From assembly GCA_030608745.1 (NCBI GenBank), contig JAUWDQ010000002.1, positions 1-33,595 of the forward strand: a DNA stretch of 33,595 nucleotides, read 5' to 3'. The notes beneath the pieces were generated by a model, which saw nothing but the letters and a program-made list of their open reading frames with translations, ran no database searches and had not been told where the DNA came from. This stretch comes from Pseudomonadota bacterium. Lineage in GTDB: Bacteria; Desulfobacterota; BSN033; WVXP01; G020346125. Positions 1 through 9,318 of this stretch are shown piece by piece. The translations under genes were made by a program, and so were the position numbers. Each line of letters opens with the position of its first letter. Position 1 is the stretch's first letter.

Positions 1-1026
1 ACGGGCACCCTCGTTTCTGGGAGTATTTCAGTTGGTGATACGGTTCAAATACTGCCATCATTGAAGAAAGAGGGGAAGATTCGTGGCATCCAGGTCCATA
101 ATAAAATCGTTGAGATGGCAAAGGCGGGGCAACGGACGGCGGTTAATCTGCAGGGGATAGAGAAATCCCTTATCAATCGAGGCGATGTCTTAGTCCATCC
201 CCAAACCATAACACCCACCTATATGGTTGATGCCTACCTTGAGCATCTCCCCAATTCGCCTCGCCCTTTGCGTAACAGGATAAAGCAGCGATTTCATATC
301 GGCACCAGTTCAATGTTGGCCACCATCATTCTGTTAGACAAGCCGGAATTGCCCCCGGCGGAGAAAGGGTTCGTGCAATTGAGGTTCGAGAAACCCGTGG
401 TGGCTTTACCCCATGATCAATTTGTCATTAGGGGTTCTTCCGCTATTCAAACCCTGGGAGGAGGTGTTGTCATCGATTCCCACCCGGCCAAACATAAGAG
501 GCTTGCAAAGGATGTTTTAGCCGGACTCATGATCCTAAGGGAAGCGGGAGAAGAGGAGGTTGTTAGTCACTATTTGGCGAGTTCAGGGGTAAAGGGAATG
601 ACCCTCAGAGAGCTGAGAGAGAGGGTGAATATTTTTCCCAGCCGATTATCGAAGCTCCTCAGGGAATTGGTCACCAGGGGAGAGATCGTGACGATCGATG
701 GAGAAGGGGGGAGGCTCGTTCATCATTTAAGATATGAAGAACTGAGGGAGAAGACGCTCTCCTACATTCTTGAATTTCACAAAAAATATCCTCTCAGGCC
801 TGGTCCATCGAAAGAAGAGGTGAAGTCGAAATTGGACAAAACTGTTGAATCGAAAATATTCCATCGCATGATGAGGGAACTGGTGGCTTCAAAGAAGGTA
901 TTGGTTGAGAAGGATAAGCTGAGGTTATCCACCCACCGGGTATCCCTGAGAGATGATCAAAAGAGGTTGAAAAATAGGGTTGAAGGGCTTTTCGCAAGGG
1001 GGGGGGCTCCAATCTCCGTCCCTTAA
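1..1026 (+). CDS. selB: Selenocysteine-specific elongation factor SelB, internal and C-proximal part. The 5' end is off-window and the ORF stops prematurely after a G9 run.
   Basis: Frame 1 is open from nt 1. TGTLVSGSISVGDTVQILP...IRGIQVH...AGQRTAVNLQGI...RGDVL is the SelB domain II/III pattern, followed by winged-helix-like sequence. The stop is TAA 1024-1026, right after G9 at 998-1006. Confidence 0.8.
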   Translation, partial: TGTLVSGSISVGDTVQILPSLKKEGKIRGIQVHNKIVEMAKAGQRTAVNLQGIEKSLINRGDVLVHPQTITPTYMVDAYLEHLPNSPRPLRNRIKQRFHIGTSSMLATIILLDKPELPPAEKGFVQLRFEKPVVALPHDQFVIRGSSAIQTLGGGVVIDSHPAKHKRLAKDVLAGLMILREAGEEEVVSHYLASSGVKGMTLRELRERVNIFPSRLSKLLRELVTRGEIVTIDGEGGRLVHHLRYEELREKTLSYILEFHKKYPLRPGPSKEEVKSKLDKTVESKIFHRMMRELVASKKVLVEKDKLRLSTHRVSLRDDQKRLKNRVEGLFARGGAPISVP

Positions 1027-1324
1027 GGAACTCGCAACGAATCTCTCTACAGATGAATCTGAGTTACAAAACGTGGTTCGCCTTTTGATGGAGGAGGGAA
1101 CTATCATTAAGGCGAAGGAGGATCTGTATTTCCATAGGGAGGCCGTTGAGAAGCTCAAGGGCAAATTGATCCAGTTTCTCCGTGTCCATCATGAGATTAC
1201 AATCGCCCAATTCAAAGAGATGACCAAGGTTTCACGGAAATATGTAATCCCCCTCATGGAATACTTCGATAATCGTAAGATAACCATCAGAGTAGGTGAG
1301 AAAAGGCTTCTGAGGGGGGAATAG
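980..1324 (+). CDS. selB: SelB C-terminal winged-helix (SECIS-binding) fragment in the +1 frame relative to the upstream selB ORF
   Basis: LKELATNL...ITIAQFKEMTKVSRKYVIPLMEYFDNRKITIRVGEKRLL matches the SelB C-terminal winged-helix signature. It starts only at a TTG with no clear SD. It fuses in frame with 1..1026 if the G9 run were G8. Confidence 0.75.
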   Translation: MKGFSQGGGLQSPSLKELATNLSTDESELQNVVRLLMEEGTIIKAKEDLYFHREAVEKLKGKLIQFLRVHHEITIAQFKEMTKVSRKYVIPLMEYFDNRKITIRVGEKRLLRGE

Positions 1325-1448
1325 ACCGATTAAGGGAGGAATTGAGAACCTTGTTGTGGGTGGATGGTCCGACCAAATACTTTTAGCGGGTAATCGGGTT
1401 CAAAAACTCGCCGTTCGGAAGCTTGAGGGAACCCAGGACCAAAAGGTC

Positions 1449-1477
1449 TTGACACAAAACCCCAAAATCAGTATAAC
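1449..1477 (+). promoter_or_regulatory. Sigma-70-type promoter upstream of the HNH gene
   Basis: TTGACA (1449-1454), 17-nt spacer, TATAAC (1472-1477). It lies about 65 nt upstream of ATG 1543. Confidence 0.5.
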
Positions 1478-1542
1478 CCTTGAAAATTCCATAAGATATG
1501 AGTTTTTTCTTAGAGGTTGGAGCCCCGAGGACCTGAACAGAG

Positions 1543-2067
1543 ATGGAAAGGGCGTTGCTTCTCAATGCGACTTATGAACCCCTTAGGGTGGTTTCGTGGA
1601 GGAAGGCCATCATCATGCTCACCTTGGGCAAGGTGGAAGTTGTTGAGACATACGACCGGGTAATCCATGGGGTCTCATTCTCCATCAAACTTCCATCGGT
1701 GATTCGTCTCTTCAGATTTATCAAGAGGAGGTCCTCCTCCATTAAATTCTCTAGACAGAACATATACCTGAGGGATAAGGGTATGTGCCAGTACTGCGGG
1801 AAATATTATCGTCGGGACCTGGTGACATGTGATCACGTGGTCCCACGATCCAAGGGGGGATTGACGGACTGGACGAATATCGTAACCTGCTGTAGATCGT
1901 GTAATCGCAAGAAAGGGGGCAGCACCCCAAAAGAGGCGGGGATGAGGTTAATCAGGCCACCCCAAAACCCCCCTTGGCCCCCGATTTTAACCATAGTCAT
2001 AGGGGTTCAAGAGACCCCGGTAACATGGCATCCATATCTCTATTGGGGCGTTCATATGGAGAGTTAG
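1543..2067 (+). CDS. HNH endonuclease (small McrA-like family)
   Basis: CQYCGK...CDHVVPRSKGG...WTNIVTCCRSCNRKK: an HNH motif with two CxxC pairs in a 174-aa protein. Confidence 0.85.
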   Translation: MERALLLNATYEPLRVVSWRKAIIMLTLGKVEVVETYDRVIHGVSFSIKLPSVIRLFRFIKRRSSSIKFSRQNIYLRDKGMCQYCGKYYRRDLVTCDHVVPRSKGGLTDWTNIVTCCRSCNRKKGGSTPKEAGMRLIRPPQNPPWPPILTIVIGVQETPVTWHPYLYWGVHMES

Positions 2068-2095
2068 CCATCCCTCTTTCCCGAAGGGGCGAATA

Positions 2096-2128
2096 GGTCC
2101 CTCCCCCGGGGGACCCATTCCCTTTTTT
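2096..2128 (+). terminator. Intrinsic terminator after the HNH gene
   Basis: GGTCCCTC-CCCC-GGGGGACC forms an 8-bp stem (one G-T wobble) with a 4-nt loop at 2096-2115. A T6 run follows at 2123-2128. Confidence 0.55.
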
Positions 2129-2206
2129 CGTGGATTGGGGATGGAAGGCATTTCGTCGCAAGAAGGAGATTATGGAGATCTTCTATTTTCGGAGAAATGA
2201 AAAATA

Positions 2207-2359
2207 ACGGCTTCGTAAAAAATCCATCTGCTGCGTTGTGCTTCATCCTTCGTCACTGCAGCGTACTTCTATGTACGCCTCATTCCTCAGGATTTGCGCG
2301 CCGTGCATCTGGATCTTTTTTCTTTGCCGTCTGATTCCGACTTTTTACAATGACGTCAA
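2207..2359 (-). repeat. Intergenic repeat family, copy 1 (compact form, inverted relative to copies 2 and 3)
   Basis: The reverse complement aligns with 9319-9568. I count 4 mismatches in the first ~103 nt by manual alignment. It shares the right end CAGATGGAtTtTTACGAAGCCGT. Confidence 0.85.
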
Positions 2360-2466
2360 AAATATCCGGGGAGAATTTTTGGGAAAATGGAGGCGATCCC
2401 CTTGACAATCCGACGGCTGGATGGTAGGAAGGGAGGCAGCAAGTACCCGTAAATAAGGAGAAAAGG

Positions 2467-2949
2467 ATGGAGGTTCTTTGGGCTCCATGGCGCATGACCT
2501 ATATCGCGAGAGATCGAGAGCAGGGGTGCCTATTTTGTTCCAAATTGAAGCGAAGGGACGATAGGGGGAATCTCATCTTATGTCGAAGTAGCCACTCCTT
2601 TGTTATCTTGAATCGGTTTCCGTACACGAGCGGTCACCTCATGGTCGTGCCCAACAGGCATGTTGCCTCCATTGATGAGCTCAACGAAGGGGAAATGGTG
2701 GCATTGATGGCATTGTTGAAGCAATCCATAATCATTCTGAAGAGGGCGTTAAAACCGGATGGATTTAATGTGGGGATGAATATTGGAAGTGTAGCAGGAG
2801 CAGGAATCGAGGATCATATTCATTTCCACATCGTTCCACGATGGAATGGGGACACGAATTTCATGCCCGTTCTCGTTGAGACAAAGGTAATGCCGGAATA
2901 TCTTGAGAAGACGTATGACAGGTTAATTTCCTTTGTGGAGGGACCTTAA
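2467..2949 (+). CDS. HIT family hydrolase (Ap4A phosphorylase / GalT-like HIT)
   Basis: Histidine triad HIHFHIVPRW, N-terminal WAPWRMTYI, and an AAGGAG SD before the ATG. Confidence 0.85.
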   Translation: MEVLWAPWRMTYIARDREQGCLFCSKLKRRDDRGNLILCRSSHSFVILNRFPYTSGHLMVVPNRHVASIDELNEGEMVALMALLKQSIIILKRALKPDGFNVGMNIGSVAGAGIEDHIHFHIVPRWNGDTNFMPVLVETKVMPEYLEKTYDRLISFVEGP

Positions 2950-2997
2950 GGACCGAATTCGTATCACACATGGTCGAAGTTAGTGAGGAGGGGATTT

Positions 2998-3273
2998 ATG
3001 ACAAAGTCTGAATTGAGCGAGATATTGGCACAGCGATTCAGTCTGACCAACAAAAAGGCGAAGATGATCGTGGAAACGGTGATTGAGAGCTTGAAAGAGG
3101 CCTTATTGAAGGATGAGCGAATCGAGATCAGGGGATTTGGCAGTTTTATGAACCGAAGATATAAAGCATATACCGGCAGGAACCCCAAAACGGGGAAAGC
3201 CATTAAGGTCCCGGGCAAGATATTACCCTTTTTTAAAGTGGGAAAGGAGCTGAAGAAAAGGGTAAATTCCTGA
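2998..3273 (+). CDS. ihfB: Integration host factor beta subunit (HU/IHF family)
   Basis: MTKSEL...ERIEIRGFGSF...GRNPKTG...PFFKVGKELKKRVN closely follows the IHF-beta pattern. GAGGAGGGG SD precedes ATG 2998; the track ORF starts at GTG 2983. Confidence 0.8.
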   Translation: MTKSELSEILAQRFSLTNKKAKMIVETVIESLKEALLKDERIEIRGFGSFMNRRYKAYTGRNPKTGKAIKVPGKILPFFKVGKELKKRVNS

Positions 3274-3297
3274 ATTTCCCCTCGGTATCCTTCCATC

Positions 3298-4107
3298 ATG
3301 CTGAGGGGTTTTGAGGCAAGCATGGATTTCCTCAGCCTTGAGAATGGGTCAGTTGTAACACCTCGAGAGGTGGTGAGAGCCTCTCTTTCAGAGAAGGGGA
3401 TAACGGAGAAGGCATTGGCATTGGACGATGTGGCCATTATTACCTTCACCCGACGCGATTTACTCACCCTTGTTGAGGAGACAGGGGCCCGCAAGGTAAA
3501 GGCATGGTGCGGGAGGAATGACAGGTTGTATCGAGGAGTGGTAGGGAAGGACAGATATATCCTAACCCAATCCCTGTATGGAGCACCCAATGCGGTCATG
3601 CTCCTTGAGGAGTTGGTGGCTTTCGGGGTGAAGAAGGCTGTTTTCCTTGGATACTGCGGGTCAATACGAGAACCTATTGGAGTTGGGGAGGTCATTCTGC
3701 CTACCCATTCCATAAGGGAGGAGGGCACCTCATATCATTACCTCCCAAAGGGGGTGAGTTGTCACGCCGATGAAGACATTCAGAACCTCGTCCACAAGGG
3801 GTTAAGGGAATGCGGGATTGAGCCCTATGTGGGGATGTGCTGGACTACGGACGCCCTCTACCGGGAGACTGCGGAGAAGATCAGGCGGTATCGATCCAAA
3901 GGGGTATTGGGCGTTGACATGGAGACCTCCGCGGTCTTCTGCTTGGGGATATATCGGAACATCCGGGTTGGATCGGTGATGGTTGTTACGGATGAATTTT
4001 CGGATTCATCATGGCAAGGCGGTTTTTCCTCCGAGAAGGTGGGAGCAACGATGCGGATGGTTTGCAAAACCATCGTGAAACAAGTCGGAAGGCTAGGGAA
4101 TCTGTAA
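3298..4107 (+). CDS. Nucleoside phosphorylase, PNP_UDP_1 family (purine/uridine phosphorylase-like)
   Basis: SLYGAPNAVMLLEEL, GYCGSI, GVDMETSAV and related motifs are typical of family-1 nucleoside phosphorylases. Alternative start: ATG 3322, which has a GAGG SD. Confidence 0.7.
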   Translation: MLRGFEASMDFLSLENGSVVTPREVVRASLSEKGITEKALALDDVAIITFTRRDLLTLVEETGARKVKAWCGRNDRLYRGVVGKDRYILTQSLYGAPNAVMLLEELVAFGVKKAVFLGYCGSIREPIGVGEVILPTHSIREEGTSYHYLPKGVSCHADEDIQNLVHKGLRECGIEPYVGMCWTTDALYRETAEKIRRYRSKGVLGVDMETSAVFCLGIYRNIRVGSVMVVTDEFSDSSWQGGFSSEKVGATMRMVCKTIVKQVGRLGNL

Positions 4108-4116
4108 CTTTTTTAC

Positions 4117-4145
4117 TTGCAATGTCCATTCATTTATGCTAAATT
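4117..4145 (+). promoter_or_regulatory. Sigma-70-type promoter (extended -10) at the head of the rimP-nusA-infB operon
   Basis: TTGCAA (4117-4122), 17-nt spacer, TGc-TAAATT (-10 at 4140-4145). Confidence 0.45.
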
Positions 4146-4168
4146 ACTGCTAATTAGGTCTACTGAGA

Positions 4169-4197
4169 AAGTGGGCTTCCAGCCCACTTTTTTATTA
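4169..4197 (+). terminator. Intrinsic terminator or leader attenuator between the phosphorylase gene and rimP
   Basis: AAGTGGGCT-TCC-AGCCCACTT is a perfect 9-bp stem (4169-4189), followed by TTTTTTATT. Confidence 0.75.
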
Positions 4198-4245
4198 GAA
4201 CCCTTGTTTTTGGGCAAGAGATTGGTTTCCTTAAGCTGAAACGAA

Positions 4246-4704
4246 ATGGAAAGGGCGACGGAGAGCGCAGTTAGTGAAATCATTGAACCCATTGTGGCTT
4301 CCCAGGGGATGGAGTTGGTCGCTGTGGAATATAAGAGAGAGGCTAGGGGATGGGTGCTCAGGATTTACATCGACAAGAAAGGTGGGGCTAGCCTGGATGA
4401 TTGTGTTTTGGTCAGCAACGAAGTCGGAACGGTATTGGATGTCGAGGACCTTTTTCAGTCGCCCTATGCCCTGGAGGTTTCTTCCCCAGGCCTCAACAGA
4501 ATCTTGAAGAAGGAGAGAGATTTCAAGAGATTCAAGGAGAGGCCGGTGAGAATACGTACCTATAATGCCATAGGGAAGAGGAGAAACTTCAAGGGAAGGC
4601 TGTTAGGCTGCACGAGGGGGTCGATTCAAATCGAGGTGGGAGGGCAAGTCCTTCACATACCCCTATCCAATGTGGCTAAGGCAAACCTGGAATTTGAATT
4701 TTAA
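4246..4704 (+). CDS. rimP: Ribosome maturation factor RimP
   Basis: Position immediately upstream of nusA; YALEVSSPGLNR motif; 152 aa. Confidence 0.85.
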   Translation: MERATESAVSEIIEPIVASQGMELVAVEYKREARGWVLRIYIDKKGGASLDDCVLVSNEVGTVLDVEDLFQSPYALEVSSPGLNRILKKERDFKRFKERPVRIRTYNAIGKRRNFKGRLLGCTRGSIQIEVGGQVLHIPLSNVAKANLEFEF

Positions 4705-4737
4705 TTGGTAATAGAGGGGAGAAGGGGAGGAGACTCG

Positions 4738-6216
4738 ATGTCTCAAAATCTAAACTATATCATCGAACAGGTGGGAAAGGACAAGGGAATCAAGCGTGAT
4801 GTAATTATCGACGCATTGGAAAATGCGGTTTTGATGGCCTCTCGGAAAAAGTTCGGGCCCCAGAGGTTGATGGAGGCCCACTATAATGAGGAGATTGGAG
4901 AGGTCGAACTCTTCCAATTCGTGGAGGTGGTGGAAGAGATGGAGGACCCCTACACCCAAATATCCCTGGACGAGGCGAGGCAACTTGATCCGGATTCGGA
5001 GATCGGGGATAGTTTGGGAGTTAAGTTGGATACCAGTGACTTCGGAAGGATAGCCGCGCAGACGGCCAAGCAGGTCATCATCCAAAGGGTCCGTGACGCG
5101 GAGAGGGATAACATCTACAATGACTATAAGGATAGAAAAGGGGAGATTGTGACGGGGAACGTTCAAAGGCTCGAAAGGGGGAACCTCTATATAAGCTTGG
5201 GAAGGGCTGAGGCGATTTTGCAGTCCCGAGAACAAGTACGGGGTGAAGTATATCGACAGGGTGATCGCATCCGCGCTTATATTTTGGACGTTCAAAGATC
5301 GTCAAAGGGACCCCAAATTTTCCTTTCTCGGACCCATCCGAGACTGTTGATTAAGCTTTTTGATATGGAGGTTCCGGAGATTTCAGAGGGAATTATCAAG
5401 GTCGTCGACGCAGCGAGGGAGCCAGGGGAGAGGGCAAAGATATCCGTTTACAGCACCAATAGGGATGTTGACCCCGTGGGGGCTTGCGTGGGGATGAGGG
5501 GTTCCAGGGTCCAAAGCGTTGTCCAAGAGCTCCGAGGTGAAAAGATTGACATCATCCCTTACTCCGAAGATATTGCCAAATATGTGAGCAATGCTTTGGC
5601 TCCTGCCAAAATATCCCGGGCTTACATCGACGAGGAAAACAGAAACATGGAGATCGTGGTTGAGGATGATCAACTCTCCTTGGCCATTGGAAAAAGGGGC
5701 CAAAACGTGAGATTGGCGTCAAAGCTCACGGGCTACAGGATCGACATCAAGAGCGAATCCAGAATGCAGCAAATTTCGGAGGAAATCATCGGGGGGCTGA
5801 GGGGAATCCCCCATGTGGGAGAGGTGATCGCTCGGATCCTCTACAACGAGGGGTTTGTTTCGGTAAAGGAAATCGCCGAATCAGGAGCGGAGGAACTGGC
5901 GAGATTGTCGGGTATTGGCATAAAAAAGGCCCAGAAGATCGTAATGGCTGCCAGGGAAATGGTGGAAGTCGAGGCGGAAGGGGCAGAGGTGGATGCCGGG
6001 GAAGATCGGGAGAGAGGATCTTCACCCATCAGCGATTTGAAGGGTGTAGGGGAAAAGACGACGGCGCTTCTCATGTCCAAAGGGATCGTGACCATTTGGG
6101 ATTTGGCAAAGGCCGATTTAGGGTTTCTTTCCTCGATTCCCGGGATTGGGATGAAGAAAGCGGAGAAATTGGTGAGGGAGGCCTCGGCCTTTGACGGAAA
6201 GGCGGCTCATGACTAA
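4738..6216 (+). CDS. nusA: Transcription termination/antitermination factor NusA (with C-terminal HhH repeats)
   Basis: N-terminal domain, S1 and two KH domains (IGKRGQNVRLAS), with helix-hairpin-helix repeats at the C-terminus. GGAGG SD precedes ATG 4738; the track ORF starts at 4705. Confidence 0.95.
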   Translation: MSQNLNYIIEQVGKDKGIKRDVIIDALENAVLMASRKKFGPQRLMEAHYNEEIGEVELFQFVEVVEEMEDPYTQISLDEARQLDPDSEIGDSLGVKLDTSDFGRIAAQTAKQVIIQRVRDAERDNIYNDYKDRKGEIVTGNVQRLERGNLYISLGRAEAILQSREQVRGEVYRQGDRIRAYILDVQRSSKGPQIFLSRTHPRLLIKLFDMEVPEISEGIIKVVDAAREPGERAKISVYSTNRDVDPVGACVGMRGSRVQSVVQELRGEKIDIIPYSEDIAKYVSNALAPAKISRAYIDEENRNMEIVVEDDQLSLAIGKRGQNVRLASKLTGYRIDIKSESRMQQISEEIIGGLRGIPHVGEVIARILYNEGFVSVKEIAESGAEELARLSGIGIKKAQKIVMAAREMVEVEAEGAEVDAGEDRERGSSPISDLKGVGEKTTALLMSKGIVTIWDLAKADLGFLSSIPGIGMKKAEKLVREASAFDGKAAHD

Positions 6217-6484
6217 AGTCGGTCACACTCCCCTGAGGCGATGTTTGGGTTGTCGTAAGAGACGGAGAAAGGATGAGCTTATCCGGCTGGTCTTTGTGGA
6301 GGGAAGAAGTGTGGTGGTAGATGTGGTGCAAAGGATGTCCGGCAGGGGAGCTTATCTCTGTAATGACGATCGTTGCCTTCGAATAGGCCTTAATGCGAAG
6401 GCCATATCCAATGCCTTTAGGAAAAGAGTAGTCATTGATGAGAACTTGCGAAAATCTATTGAAACCATTCCCCAGAAGGGTTAG
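6209..6484 (+). CDS. ylxR: YlxR/DUF448 family RNA-binding protein
   Basis: PLRRCLGCRKRRRKDELIRL...GRGAYLC signature. It overlaps the nusA stop by 8 nt, in the classic nusA-ylxR-infB position. Confidence 0.8.
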   Translation: MTKVGHTPLRRCLGCRKRRRKDELIRLVFVEGRSVVVDVVQRMSGRGAYLCNDDRCLRIGLNAKAISNAFRKRVVIDENLRKSIETIPQKG

Positions 6485-6541
6485 AAAAAAGGCGGACGGA
6501 TAAGGTCATCATTGGCTTTAAATCGGAGGAGGAGAAACGTA

Positions 6542-8992
6542 ATGGCCAAAATAAGGGTTCTCGATGTGGCTCAAGGGGAGTTGGAGAAGGAAAAACTCCT
6601 CGCCAAGCTCAAGAAGATGGGAGTGAAGGTAAAGGATGAGGAGACGGCGGAACAGGGGACCCCGTGGGGGGCGATGGAGAGGGTTGTCAGGGATGAGGAA
6701 GGGGCCGAGTTCATCGAGAAACGGGTTAAGCCAACAGTGATTCGGAGAAGGGCAAAGGCCGTAGAGGAGCCCGAGAAAATCCTCGAAGAGGTTCAACGGG
6801 AGGCCCAAGAGGCGGCGCAGGGAGAGCTTGCGGAGGTTTTGGAAGAGGAGAAGCCAGTCGTACCTCCTCCCACGGAAGAGATGGAGGGGGAAAGGACCGT
6901 GGAGGTAGCCGAAGAGATCCGTGAGGAGGTTGTGGAGGCGCCACCCGAGGAGGTTATGCCCGCCGCCCAAGAGGGGGTGAAACCGGCAGAAGTCGAGGAA
7001 GAGGAAAAGGCTGAGGTCAAGGTTAAGAAGAAAAAGCCGAAGATAGCGGAAGAAGAAGCCGAAGCGCGTCTCCCGAAAAAGCGGATGTTGAAGAGGAGGG
7101 TTGTCGAGGAAGCGGAACTGGAGGTGGAGAAGAGGTATCCTCGTGGACCTCGGGAGCGGGTGGTTAAACCCGGCAAATTGCCGAGGAAGAAGGTCGAGTT
7201 TGCAGTCTCGAAGAAGACCGTGATCACCACCCCCAAACCAATCAAAAGGGTCATTCGAGTTGCCGAGGTCATCATGGTTTCGGAGCTGGCAAAGCGGATG
7301 GGGGTAAAGGCCAGAGAGGTGATCAAAAAATTGATAGAGCTGGGTACCGCCGTAAACATCAATCAGACTATTGATGCCGATTTAGCTTCCCTCGTCGCGA
7401 GCGAATTTGACTACGAAGTGGAAAAGGTCTCCCTGGAAAGGGGAGATTTCCTGGAGAAAAAGGAGGATTCCCCCGCGCAGTTGAAGCTGAGGCCTCCCGT
7501 GGTGACCATCATGGGACATGTTGATCATGGAAAGACCTTACTATTAGATGCCATTAGAGAAACCCATGTGGCTGAGGGTGAAGCGGGAGGCATTACGCAA
7601 CATATTGGCGCATATGACGTACAATTAGATTCTGGCCGTATCGTGTTTATCGATACCCCCGGCCATGAGGCCTTCACGGCGATGCGAGCCAGGGGTGCTC
7701 AGGTAACGGATATCGTAGTATTGGTGGTTGCAGCGGATGACGGTGTTATGCCCCAAACAATTGAAGCCATCAACCATTCCAGGGCCGCTAACGTCCCTAT
7801 CATCGTGGCCATCAATAAGATCGATAAATCCAATGCCAACGTGGATAAGGTCAAGAAGGATCTGGCGGAACATGAATTAATCCCGGAGGAATGGGGCGGG
7901 GAAACCATCTTTGCCGAAGTATCGGCAAAACAAGAAATCGGCATTACCGAGCTTTTGGAATTGATCTTGATTCAAGCGGAGGTATTAGAATTGAAGGCCA
8001 ACCCCGACAAATTGGCAAGGGGAACCGTCATTGAGGCGAGGTTGGATCGAGGCCGTGGAGTTGTGGCTACGGTTATAGTCCAAGAGGGAGCACTAAAGAC
8101 TGGGGATTCCTTTATTAGCGGGATGAATTATGGTCGTCTCAGGGTCATGATGGATGACCGGGGCCAAAGAATCGAAGATGCCGGTCCTGCGACGCCGGTG
8201 GAAGTAGTGGGGTTCACTGGGCTTCCGGAGGCGGGGGAAGCGTTCGTCGTATTGGATGACGAGCGGATTGCCAAACAGATAGGGTTGTATCGGCAGCAGA
8301 AAAAGAGGGAAAAGGAACTCGCCAGTTCGAGCAAGGTATCATTGGAGGAGCTCTACGCTCGAATTCAGGAAGGCGAAATAAAGGAATTGAATATAATCGT
8401 TAAGGCCGATACCCAGGGTTCCATGGAGGCCGTTAGCAATTCCCTGGAAAAGCTCTCGACCGATTCGGTGAGGGTGAATATCGTCCATGGAGGCGTTGGG
8501 GGAATCAGCGAAACGGACGTGAATCTGGCAATGGCCTCCCGTGCTATCATTATCGGATTCAACGTTCGGCCTGGATTGAAGGCTATGCAGCTGGCCGAAC
8601 AGGACCAGGTCGACATACGGTCCTATAGTGTGATCTATGACGCAGTATCCGACATCCAGAAAGCGATGGAAGGCCTTCTGGAACCAACCCTTAGGGAAAA
8701 GATCTTGGGCAGGGCAGAGGTTCGCGCTACTTTCAACATACCCAAGGTAGGAACTGTTGCAGGAAGCTCGGTAATCGATGGAAAAATTGTTAGAGGGGGT
8801 AGGATCAGGTTAATACGGGATGATGTGGTTATTCACGATGGGAGAATTACATCCCTTAAGCGTTTCAAGGAAGACGTCAAGGACGTTCAGCAGGGCTATG
8901 AATGCGGGATTGGCATCGAGAATTTCAACGATGTGAAGGAGGAAGATGTCATCGAATCCTACGAGTACGAAGAGATTCCTTCCACCCTCTAG
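6542..8992 (+). CDS. infB: Translation initiation factor IF-2
   Basis: [17 protein letters not shown] and NKID GTPase motifs, with an E/K/P-rich low-complexity N-terminal region. GGAGGAGGAG SD precedes ATG 6542. Confidence 0.95.
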   Translation: MAKIRVLDVAQGELEKEKLLAKLKKMGVKVKDEETAEQGTPWGAMERVVRDEEGAEFIEKRVKPTVIRRRAKAVEEPEKILEEVQREAQEAAQGELAEVLEEEKPVVPPPTEEMEGERTVEVAEEIREEVVEAPPEEVMPAAQEGVKPAEVEEEEKAEVKVKKKKPKIAEEEAEARLPKKRMLKRRVVEEAELEVEKRYPRGPRERVVKPGKLPRKKVEFAVSKKTVITTPKPIKRVIRVAEVIMVSELAKRMGVKAREVIKKLIELGTAVNINQTIDADLASLVASEFDYEVEKVSLERGDFLEKKEDSPAQLKLRPPVVTIMGHVDHGKTLLLDAIRETHVAEGEAGGITQHIGAYDVQLDSGRIVFIDTPGHEAFTAMRARGAQVTDIVVLVVAADDGVMPQTIEAINHSRAANVPIIVAINKIDKSNANVDKVKKDLAEHELIPEEWGGETIFAEVSAKQEIGITELLELILIQAEVLELKANPDKLARGTVIEARLDRGRGVVATVIVQEGALKTGDSFISGMNYGRLRVMMDDRGQRIEDAGPATPVEVVGFTGLPEAGEAFVVLDDERIAKQIGLYRQQKKREKELASSSKVSLEELYARIQEGEIKELNIIVKADTQGSMEAVSNSLEKLSTDSVRVNIVHGGVGGISETDVNLAMASRAIIIGFNVRPGLKAMQLAEQDQVDIRSYSVIYDAVSDIQKAMEGLLEPTLREKILGRAEVRATFNIPKVGTVAGSSVIDGKIVRGGRIRLIRDDVVIHDGRITSLKRFKEDVKDVQQGYECGIGIENFNDVKEEDVIESYEYEEIPSTL

Positions 8993-9013
8993 GATTCGGG
9001 TATTCCCCGTTGG

Positions 9014-9310
9014 GTGAAGAGAATGATTGTGGGCATTTGTCATCTGGATGTGATTATTCCGGAGAACCACTCCCTTAAGGGAAAGCGTCAGGTGATTAAG
9101 AGGGTCATTGACAGGGTAAAGAATCGCTTCAACATCTCCATCGCAGAGGTGGGCGATAACGAATTATGGCAGAGGTCCCAACTGGGAATGAGCTTGGTAG
9201 GGACCGATCGGAAATTTATCAATTCGTATTTGGATAGAGTCGTCAATTTCATCGAGGCGATGAATATCGTTCATATCGCCCATAGCGAATTGGAAATACT
9301 CAATTTTTGA
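9014..9310 (+). CDS. DUF503 (YlxP-like) protein
   Basis: A ~95-aa protein between infB and rbfA with the SLKGKRQVIKRVIDRVKNRFN pattern. The start is GTG 9014 or ATG 9023. Confidence 0.75.
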   Translation: MKRMIVGICHLDVIIPENHSLKGKRQVIKRVIDRVKNRFNISIAEVGDNELWQRSQLGMSLVGTDRKFINSYLDRVVNFIEAMNIVHIAHSELEILNF

Positions 9311-9318
9311 GATGAATT

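Noticed and set aside
1325-1542. Searched the spacer after selB for tRNA-Sec (selC) or another small RNA
   Set aside because: No acceptor or T-arm (GGTTCRA-type) pattern appears on either strand. The region is explained by a consensus promoter for the HNH gene.
2280-2495. ORFs crossing the repeat family copies (2064-2246, 2280-2495, 20816-21028 and 20877-21323, all minus strand)
   Set aside because: The reading frames and strands differ between copies, and the indels between copies are not multiples of three. The family is therefore non-coding.
3271-3300. The ihfB TGA stop is in the same frame as the downstream phosphorylase ORF with no intervening stop, suggesting Sec or read-through fusion in a selB-containing organism
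   Set aside because: IHF-beta ends at its normal C-terminus (KELKKRVNS) and the phosphorylase has its own start. No SECIS-like hairpin follows the TGA. This is coincidental frame sharing.
2964-3728. 254-codon antisense ORF spanning ihfB and the nucleoside phosphorylase gene. Similar antisense ORFs lie in nusA (4750-5295), infB (6518-7362) and the DHH fusion (17554-17979, 18252-18647).
   Set aside because: All lie opposite confidently identified genes, have no start context and give proteins with odd composition. They are shadow ORFs.
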